From contig OZ024741.1 of assembly GCA_964016885.1 (NCBI GenBank), positions 200,756,001 to 200,820,000 on the forward strand: a DNA stretch of 64,000 nucleotides. Direction: 5' to 3'. Below, one piece after another: positions 53,740 to 64,000 of this stretch. Position 1 is the first letter of the stretch; each line of letters opens with the position of its first letter. Below the pieces are notes generated by a model that was given only the letters and a program-made list of their open reading frames with translations, was not told the origin of the DNA and made no database searches. The translations under genes were made by a program, and so were the position numbers. The DNA is from Eledone cirrhosa (taxonomy: Eukaryota).

Positions 53740-56700
53740 CAACAACCACAACAGTAACGACAACAACAGTAACGATAACAGTAACAACAGCAGCAACAGC
53801 AGTAACAACAGTAATAACAGTAACAACAACAGTAACAGCAGCAACAACAGCAATAACAACAGTAATAACAACAGTAACAACAGTAACAACAGCAGTAACA
53901 GCAGCAACAACAGCAATAACAACAGTAATAACAACAGTAACAACAGCAGTAACAGCAGTAACAACAGTAATAACAACAGTAACAACAGCAGTAACAGCAG
54001 CAACAACAGCAATAACAACAGTAATAACAACAGTAACAACAGTAACAACAGCAGTAACAACAGCAGCAACAGCAGTAACAACAGCAGTAACAACAGTAAT
54101 AACAACAGAAATAACAACAGCAGCAACAGCAGTAACAACAGCAGTAACAACAGTAACAACAGCAGTAACAGCAGTAACAGCAGTAATAACAACAGTAACA
54201 ACAGTAACAACAGTAACAACAGCAGCAACAGCAGTAACAACAGCAGCAACAACAGTAACAACAACAGTAACAACAGTAACAACAGCAGCAACAAGAGTAA
54301 CAACAACAGTAACAACAGTAAAAACAGCAGCAACAACAGCAATAACAACAGTAATAACAACAGTAAAAACAGCAGCAACAACAGCAATAACAACAGTAAC
54401 AACAGCAGCAACAAGAGTAACAACAACAGTAACAACAGTAACAACAGCAGCAACAACAGTAACAACAACAGTAACAACAGCAGCAACAACAGTAACAACA
54501 ACAGTAACAACAGTAACAACAGCAGCAACAAGAGTAACAACAACAGTAACAACAGTAACAACAGCAGCAATAACAACAGCAGCAACAACAGCAATAACAA
54601 CAGCAATAACAACAGTAACAACAGCAGCAACAAGAGTAACGACAACAGTAACAACAGTAACAACAGCAGCAACAGCAGTAACAACAGTAATAACAACAGT
54701 AATAACAACAGTAACAACAGTAACAACAGCAGCAACAACAACAGTAACAACAACAGTAACAACAACAGTAACAGCAGTAACAACAGCAATAACAACAGTA
54801 ATAACAACAGTAATAACAACAGTAACAACAGTAACAACAGTAACAACAGCAGCAACAACAGTAATAACAACAGTAACAACAGTAACAACAGCAGCAACAA
54901 CAGCAATAACAACAACAATAACAACAGTAGGGACAACAACAACAGTAACAACAACAGCAATGACAACAGTAACAACAGCAGTAACAACAGTAACAACAGC
55001 AGCAACAGCAGTAACAACAATAATAACAACAGTAATAACAACAGTAACAACAGTAACAACAGCAGCAACAACAACAGTAACAACAATAATAACAACAGTA
55101 ATAACAACAGTAACAACAGTAACAACAGTAACAACAGCAGCAACAACAACAGTAACAACAACAGTAACAACAGCAGAAACAGCAGTAACAACAGTAATAA
55201 CAACAGCAGTACTATCAGTAACAGCAGCAATAACAGCAATGACAACAGTAATAACAACAGTAATAACAACAGCAATAACAACAGTAACAGCAGCAATAAC
55301 AGCAATAACAACAGTAATAACAACAGCAATACCAACAGTAACAGCAGCAATAACAGCAATAACAACAGTAATAACAACAGTAATAACAACAGCAATAACA
55401 ACAGTAACAGCAGCAATAACAGCAATAACAACAGTAATAACAACAGCAATGCCAACAGTAACAGCAGCAATAACAGCAATAACAACAGTAATAACAACAG
55501 TAATAACAACAGCAATAACAACAGTAATAACAACAGCAATAACAACAGTAATAACAACAGTAACAACAGTAACGACAACAGTAACAACAGCAGCAACAGC
55601 AGTAACAACAGCAATAACAACAGTAACAACAGTAACAACAGCAATAACAACAGCAATAACAACAGCAATAACAACAGTAACAACAGTAACAGCAGCAACA
55701 ACAGCAATAACAACAGCAATAACAACAGTAACAACAGCAGCAACAAGAGTAACAACAACAGTAACAACAGTAACAACAGCAGCAACAACAGTAACAACAA
55801 CAGTAACAACAGCAGCAACAACAGTAACAACAACAGTAACAACAGCAATAACAACAGTAACAACAACAGTAACAACAGTAACAACAGCAGCAACAACAGC
55901 AATAACAATAGCAATAACAACAGTAACATCAGCAAAAAGAGTAACAACAACAGTAACAACAGTAACAACAGCAGCAACAACAGCAATAACAACAGTAATA
56001 ACAACAGTAACAACAACAGTAATAACAACAGTAACAACAGCAATAACAACAGTAATAACAACAACAACAGCAGTAATAACAACAGTAACAACAGCAGTAA
56101 CAACAGTAAGAACAGCAATAACAACAGTAATAACAACAACAACTGCATTAATAACAACAGTAACAACAGTAACAACAACAGTAACAACAGCAGCAATAAC
56201 AACAGCAACAATGACAACCGTAACAACAGCAATGAAAACAGTAACAACAACAGTAACAACAACAGTAACAACAGTAACAATATCAGTAACAACAACAGCA
56301 ATAACAGCAGTAATAACAACAGTAACAACAGCAGTAACAACAGTAACAACAGCAATAACAACAGTAATAACAACAACAACAGCAGTAATAACAACAGTAA
56401 CAACAGTAACAACAGCAATAACAACAGTAATAACAACAACAACTGCAGTAATAACAACAGTAACAACAGTAACAACAACAGTAACAACAGCAGCAATAAC
56501 AACAGCAACAATGACAACCGTAACAACAGCAATGAGAACAGTAACAACAACAGTAACAACAACAGTAACAACAGTAACAATATCAGTAACAACAACAGCA
56601 ATAACAACAGTAATAACAACAACAGTAACAACAACAACAATAACAACAGTAGGGACAACAACAACAGTAACAACACCAGTAACAACAACAGCAACAACAA

Positions 56701-58035
56701 CAACAGAAAGGACAGCAACAGCAGTAACAACAACAGCGATGACAACAGTAATAACAACAACAGTAACAACAACAACAATAACAACAGTAGGGACAACAAC
56801 AACAGTAACAACACCAGTAACAACAACAGCAATAACAACAGTAATAACAACAACAGTAACAACAACAACAATAACAACAGTAATAACAGTAGGGACAACA
56901 GCAACAGTAACAACAACAGTAACAACAACAGCAATAACAACAGTAGGGACAACAACAGCAGTAACAACAACAGTAACAACAACAGCAATGACAACAGTAA
57001 TAACAACAACAGTAACAACAACAACAATAACAACAGTAGGGACAACAACAACAGTAACAACACCAGTAACAACAACAGCAATAACAACAGTAATAACAAC
57101 AACAGTAACAACAACAATAACAACAGTAATAACAACAACAGTAGGGACAACAGCAACAGTAACAACAACAGTAACAACAGCAGCAATAACAACAACAACA
57201 ACAACAACAGTAACAACAACAACAATAACAACAGTAGGGACAACAGCAACAGTAACAACAACAGTAACAACAGCAGCAATGACAACAGTAATAACAACAA
57301 CAGTAACAACAACAACAATGACAAAAGTAATAACAACAGCAACAGTAACAACATCAGTAACAACAACAACAATAACAACAGTAACAACAACAGCAATGAC
57401 AACAGTAATAACAACAACAGTAACAACAACAACAATAACAACAGTAGGGACAACAGCAACAGTAACAACAGTAGGGACAACAGCAACAGTAACAACAGTA
57501 GGGACAACAGCAACAGTAACAACAACAGTAACAACAACAGCAATAACAACAGTAGGGACAACAGCAACAGTAACAACAGTAGGGACAACAGCAACAGTAA
57601 CAACAACAGTAACAACAACAGCAATAACAACAGTAGGGACAACAGCAACAGTAACAACAACAGTAACAACAACAGTAACAACAACAGCAATGACAACAGT
57701 AATAACAACAACAGTAACAACAACAACAATAACAACAGTAGGGACAACAGCAACAGTAACAACACCAGTAACAACAACAGCAATAACAACAGTAATAACA
57801 ACAACAGTAACAAGAATAGTAACAGCTGCAGTAACAAATGTAGGAATAACAATAACAGTAATTATAACAACAACAACCGCAGCAGCAAGAACAAGGCTAA
57901 CAACAACAACAACAACAGTAGTAGCAGCAACAATAAGAATAACAACAGTAACAGAATTAGAGACAACAACAATAACAACAACAACAACAGTAACAGCAGC
58001 AACAACAGCAATAAGAACAACAACGATAACAACAT
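53740..58035 (+). repeat. 4.3-kb in-phase ACA/GTA/GCA/ATA triplet array; potential Thr-rich mucin-like coding segment (ORF 53649-58037)
   Basis: Direct read; internal duplications of 120 and 300 bp. Coding status is unproven. Confidence 0.9.
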
Positions 58036-58522
58036 GAGAAGCAGTAAGAACAACAAAGCCACGAGCAGTAGAAAGAACAGCAACTGAAAGTTCGAATACA
58101 ACAATGTGAAAAGGCAAGTTGTACCAAGAAGATAAACAAACACAACAATAGCAACAACTACTGTTACTACAACTAAACAACAATAGTAACACCAACAGCA
58201 GCAAACACTACTAACTTCGCCAGCACCAAAAGCAGAAACTACTACTACTACTGCTGGTGGTGTCGCTGCTGCTGCTACTACTACTACTACTACTACTACT
58301 AACACCAACAGCAGCAATGCTCTTGAAATTGTTAGAAATCTTTTGTGTCTATATATCACTGGTACTTTTCATAAGCCAGCGGTTTTCATATACCACCAGT
58401 TCTAAAGCGATTAATTGAGTGAACAGTTTGACAGTGAAACATACTAATGTCAAGATTTAACATCAACCGGCATTTTAAAATTATTATTAGTGTATTTTAA
58501 AATGATTATTTATCCAAAACAA

Positions 58523-58710
58523 ATAATTGTTTCTACTTTAGGTACAAGGCCAGCAAAATTCCCCAGTGCATTACTGGTACTTTATTTTATCGACCCCGTA
58601 AGGATGAAAGGCAAAGTCAACCTCGGCGGGATTTGAACTCAGATCGTAAAGGGGCGTAACTCTGCTGGAAAGCATGGCGTCCGACCCTCTACCGATACTG
58701 CCAATCCACC
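58523..58710 (-). mobile_element. Family-A SINE with TSD TTATCCAAAACAAATAAT
   Basis: Consensus match and direct repeats. Confidence 0.9.
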
Positions 58711-59178
58711 TTATCCAAAACAAATAATATAAATATTCTGTTATATCGACAGACAAGTCCAAGAGCATTCCATCTTCCAGCACAAAACATTATGACTGGA
58801 AATATAGGATCCTACAAACATTGAGATAGTTCCAGTTCTCCCTAAATGTCTCCATAGAAATCGCCGTAAAGAAATGTAAACCTTCCAACACATTCAATTA
58901 TTAATTACGTAGTTTGCTTTTAAATAAATTGAAAGTGGTTGAGACAATTGCAAATGCCGTCCGTTTACAATAGCTTTAATTGCCAGAGTCGGCTATAAAC
59001 CTCTGTACTCTGAACAAACTTTCATTGTTATCTAGGAAAGAAATCTTCCTACTGTATTCTAATCCAATAGATTACACATTATGCTATCTTTGTCACTTAT
59101 TCTTATCTCGGTTTTACATTTCCAATTGCAGACATAATTTCCAACAGGCAAACCGGTTCATTATTTTTACCATTCTCC

Positions 59179-59369
59179 GGGCGGTGGATTGGCAGTATCG
59201 GTAGAGGGTTGGACGCCATGTTTTGACGCATAGAGTTACGGCCCTTTCCATTCTGAGTTCAAATCCCGCCGAGGTTAACTTTGCCTTTCATCCTTAGGGG
59301 GTCGCTAAAATAAAGTTCCAGTCATGTACTGGGTAATTGCTGGTCTTATGCCAAAAGTAGAAACAATTA
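59179..59369 (+). mobile_element. Family-A SINE with TSD TTATTTTTACCATTCTCC
   Basis: Direct repeats at 59161 and 59367. Confidence 0.9.
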
Positions 59370-60654
59370 TTTTTACCATTCTCCTGTAAATTCTGTACTA
59401 CAATTTCGGTAACGTAATCGGATTTAACTACACCAAAGCACAAACACCAGTCGTTTGCAAAGATCGCAGTCTTTGTCACTTCATGTACTAAAAAATCCTC
59501 AAACCTGCTTGGTAAACTAATTTCTAATGACTTTTCTAAGAAATCATGACACCAACATAGCCAAACTTTCATTGTTAAGATTAAGTATCTTAGTTCAAGC
59601 TGACTTAAAAGAGTTGACATATAAAAACTATTTTTATCGTGTTAGTTTTATCGTTTGTTGACTAGTCTTGTTCCAGAATATGAATCGATTTGGTAAAATA
59701 AATAAAGTATGATTTCTCTTAACTCAAAAATTTTGATCTGAAGTATGTTGCATGTCTCTTTGTATAAGTTAGAAGAATAAGCATTTCATGTACCTTAGTT
59801 TTCGGATATTCTTACCAAGTTATTTTTACCTCAATCAGTCTAGCATTCTATTTAAGAGAAGATTTAGTTCATCTGCTTAATGCTAAGAAACCAAGACTTA
59901 GTGTCGGCTCATAGAAGTCCCTTACGTTTTTGTGACATTTACATCTTGCATGAATCTCATACGTTTACTTTTCTTTTCTTTACCAGAACTACTTTAGTTC
60001 TGAACGGTTCCTGGATGTATATAATGTATAAGTACGACTCTTCCTTGAGGTGTACAACAGTACTGCTTACATATTTGAGAAGAAACTGCTACACATATAA
60101 AAATTATACACTGCCCCTGAAAAAGTAAGACAATCCGCTGGACTGGCACATTATCACCCACCAACACGCAACGGCAGCGCAGTATACTTACATTTTTATT
60201 ACACTCTTTCCCTCACTCTCTCCCCCACTCTATCTCTCGCTGATGGTTCTTGTTCTTCTAAAGTAACAAGTTGTGTAGCACATCAAATCCTCACCTCTAC
60301 TCTCTTATTGTAAGTCATCTCAGTCAAATTTCCCCGGCCTACAGAGACTTTGTATATCATAAATAGTAGGCACAAAATAACTAATAAACGCTCTGACATA
60401 TTTAATACATGCATACACAAAATATATAAGACATTCCGCAGAATATATAGTTAAAACTTCCATAAGTAATATAAAATGGATCATCAACTAATTAATAAAC
60501 TATACATAAATACATTGTAACCTATCAAAGTATGTACACCTAAAATTGAAATCTAAGAACGTAAAATTAAGTCCAGAAATGAAAAAAACAAATTAACAGT
60601 ATTTTCAAGCCATTCTAAGAAACAAACGACCACTCTGGTAACTTAATACCCCAG

Positions 60655-60785
60655 CCAGCTTTCAATCACCAATGCCAGCAACAATACTGTCTCCTACTCC
60701 AAACAGAACTGCTACAAGATCATATGCGTACTGGACGGCGAGGTTAACGACACGTCGGTCCAGTGGCATATCAATGGAAAAATGT
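60655..60785 (+). pseudogene. Possible Ig-domain N-terminal exon truncated by (TA)n
   Basis: [42 protein letters not shown] fits the Ig B/C-strand pattern C...V-x-W-x-x-NG. Confidence 0.45.
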
Positions 60786-60863
60786 TATATATATATATAT
60801 ATTTTCCTTTGCTTTCTCTTCGGAATCACCTAACACATATATTTGTATATATATATGTATATG

Positions 60864-60975
<112 letters not shown>

Positions 60976-61289
60976 TGTGTGTGTGTATGTGTGTGTGTAT
61001 ATATATATATATATAAATATCTCTCCCGGTGATTTTGGATGGCAGAATTCTAGGAGAAGGAAAACTCTGATATAACACCTGCAACCCTGATGGTATCCAA
61101 TGATGTTGATTTGTTCTTCTTTTTGGTAAATATCATCTTGGTTAAGAGACTGAGACTGGCTTTGTGCAGTGACTTTGCTCACTATAAAAGCTTCACGGCA
61201 CAGGCATTGCTTTATATCTGGAGATCTCTCTGCACTTGTCTTCACATGGTACCATGAGCCCAGCACTATGTGTCAAAACACAATAGAAC

Positions 61290-62184
61290 CCTCTGTGTTC
61301 AGAGAATGTGAGGCCGCCTGTGAGACGTCGGACCGGCTGGGACTTAGCCGAGTAGACGTCCCTTCTCCTTCTCCCCCTGGTGAGTCATGTACCCCCAAAG
61401 TACTTGGGATGTCATCCAGTACAACCTGGCCTCAGACAGACTCACGCGCCAGCTCGACCAGCACCGCCTTGCCTGTTTTCGTGCGGCATCCAAACCCCAC
61501 AGTGGTGCCTGGCTCCATTCCCTGCCCTCCTTCTCCATTGGCACGCAGCTAGACAACCATAGCCTGCGCATCGGCGTTTCTTTGAGGCTTGGCCTCCGGA
61601 TCTGCGAGCCGCACCAATGTCGCTGCGGATCCACCGTGGACTCTTTCGGCCTGCACCCGCTTTCCTGTCGCCACAGTGCCGGCCGCCTTCCACGCCATGC
61701 TGCCCTCAACGAGGTCATAAAGCATAGCTTGGACGTTGCAGGCTTCCCTTCCCTGCTCGAGCCGGTGGGGCTGGACCGAGGGGACGGCAAAAGGCCTGAT
61801 GGCATAACCATCTTCCCGTTCCGCGGTGGCAAACCCCTCGTCTGGGATGCCACCTGCACCGACACTTTCTGCAGCCGCAACCTGCTGCAGTCTGCGACTA
61901 ACCCAGGTTCTGCTGCACGAGGGGCTGAGGAGGCCAAACTCCTCAAATACCGGTCGCTCTCCGACAGGTTTGCGGTTGTACCCTTGGCAGTGGAGACTTC
62001 TAGTGTCCTCAGCCCTAGGGCTACCTCCCTACTCACCACCATAGGCGCTGAGCTGGCCAGCCGCAGGTGTGAGCCCCGCGAGTTGGAGTGGCTTTTCCAG
62101 CGCGTCTCCCTTGCTGTCCTCCGGGGAAACGTCTTCTCCATTCTGTCCGCCGGTATTGTTTGTAGGCAAGCCAAACAATTATAG
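61290..62184 (+). mobile_element. 5'-truncated CRE-clade RLE retrotransposon
   Basis: SGAWLHSLP, LRLG, CRCG..HPLSC (CCHC knuckle), RHAALN, LEP, KRPDG, WDATC, K..KY, VETSS, GNVFSI; GC-rich intact frame. Confidence 0.88.
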
Positions 62185-62357
62185 AACAACATTTATAGAA
62201 TAAATATGGTTTTATAAATATAGTTTCCATTTATTTAATATCATTGAATATTATACTCCAGAAAAATCTGTCGAGTGCTCTGAATCAGTTATAATCATTT
62301 ATATTTGTTGAATTACCAACAAATTGAATATCCCTTTTGCTTATATGTATATATATA

Positions 62358-62561
62358 TAGGAACCAGTAAGACCCCGACGGCTGAGCTCAAGCCGTTTCG
62401 ACGGCTAATTCTGGACGCTTGAGTCCAGAATTAGCTGTCGAAACGGCTTGAGCTCAGCCGTCGGGGTCTTACTGGTTCCTATTACCCACTCTACTACGCT
62501 AAGTATTGAGTACTTTGGTGCGTTATGGTCCACCTGGTTCCTTACCACATTTCCTTCGTTA
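62358..62561. mobile_element. Family-G inverted element in (TA)n
   Basis: The short arm begins at ATAGGAA, the same breakpoint as the other copies. Confidence 0.8.
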
Positions 62562-63424
62562 TATATATATATATATACATATATATGTATATATATAAAT
62601 ATATATGTGTATGTATATGTGCGCGCGTGTGTGTGTGAGTGTGTGCGTGTACGTGCGTGCGTGTACGTGCAATCCATAAACGGAAATAACAAGGCAAGCA
62701 ACACAGTAAAATGAAGAAATACATTAGTTTAACGCTTGATACAGTAGAAAAAAAATGTCTTTACGTTCGGACACTAGTCGTTCGTCAGAGGTTAGAATGA
62801 AAAATAATAGACGAAATAGAAAGATAGAGAGTGAGAAGAGAAAGGAACGCAAACGAATTTTTTTAGAGAAACACGTGCGTGTTCAGTCAGCCATAAGTAT
62901 TTTAACCGGGTAACTATGTTTGTATGCGTGTGTGTGTGCGCTTTTTGATTGCGTGTTAGAATATGAAATTCACAATAATTTCAAATATTCCTCTGTTAAA
63001 CACGTGAAGTTTAATGTTATTTAACTATCAGCAGAATTGTGAAGGAACGCTGGTAGAGTGTTTCGTTCACGATCGTAAGGTCTTGAGTTCGATTCCTAGT
63101 AGTGCGTTGTGTCTTTGGGCAAGACACTTTATTTCACTTTACTCCATTACACTCATTTGACCATCCGTAGAGAAAGGTAACCGAATGTTGTTTCTTACAA
63201 TTAGGTTACATGTGTCTACCTGACAAGCCCAGTCGCTAAAACTGAACTCTCTTAATCACAGGACCAATTGTGCTTAACTACGTGGTCTCTTAGTCTACTA
63301 AATATAGCAATTATATGGCACCCTATCCTGTAAAAAAAAACGGACACATTGGAGGATGTAGTCCGTGATACAGAATACATGAGGAAAGACTCGATAATCA
63401 TGGCTAGAATACTTTCGATTATAT

Positions 63425-63545
63425 GTTTGCCTCCTTTCATCCTTACGGGGTCGTTAAAATAAAGCACCGGTAACGTACTGGGGTCGATTTAGTCGACTTT
63501 GCCCTCCCCCAAATTACTGGTCTTGTGCCTATACTAGAAATCATT
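63425..63545 (+). mobile_element. 5'-truncated V-core SINE
   Basis: CCTTTCATCCTTACGGGGTCG core plus tail. Confidence 0.75.
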
Positions 63546-64000
63546 ATATGTTTGCTCGATTAGAGCTAACCAAGGACCAATCAAGAGCACCAACAACAAC
63601 TAGACTGCATGTACCAATATTATAGATCTACAACATATATATGTGATGATAGCTGAAATAATACACACGTTTGTGCAGTAATTTATTTACGTTTACAGGT
63701 GATGACGTGATGACAACTTTTGTCATATCTCACAATTTACATTGTCTCAAAACTAATCAATCATAAACATTCATAGAAATTTATATTTCCGGAAGACTGA
63801 TCTCAGTAATACCGTGTAAATGATTGACACTAAATGCTGAGCAATCTTTCTCAACTTGTTCTACTGCTCCCCATCAAATAGACACATCCTATTTAAAAGA
63901 TCATCACTTTCCCTGTTGTAAGAAATAACAATTGTCTGTTCAGTGCTAAATTATCAACTGGCTTACCTGTCTCCTTTGTAATCTATATTTAATAGACTAC

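Noticed and set aside
53722-58204. 1376-aa poly-Leu and 1491-aa poly-Val minus-strand ORFs
   Set aside because: They are antisense shadows of the triplet array; stops are compositionally excluded.
61344-62192. 282-aa minus-strand ORF
   Set aside because: Antisense to the GC-rich CRE coding frame.

Overview
AT-rich eukaryotic genomic DNA saturated with (TA)n/(CA)n microsatellites. The SINE and repeat make-up suggests an octopus-like cephalopod (inference). No intact host gene is evident, and almost all listed ORFs are microsatellite artefacts. Recognisable content: about 20 tRNA-derived SINEs; LINE fragments (RTE, Tx1/L1, two R4/Dong families stacked in (TAA)n, CRE, and a Jockey/I-like element); three Penelope-like (PLE) RT/GIY-YIG relics; mariner, Tc1, pogo and hAT remnants; a 21-bp minisatellite; and a 4.3-kb Thr-codon array. 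The main unexplained signal is about 20 minimal hammerhead-ribozyme (HHR) motifs from many sequence families, several with a Y.Y mismatch at the base of stem II. Most lie in short inverted-repeat insertions inside (TA)n, and one family forms a 532-bp retrozyme-like tandem unit. A second, weaker signal is a set of decayed immunoglobulin-domain exons between the repeats. All calls were made by eye and coordinates of relics are approximate.
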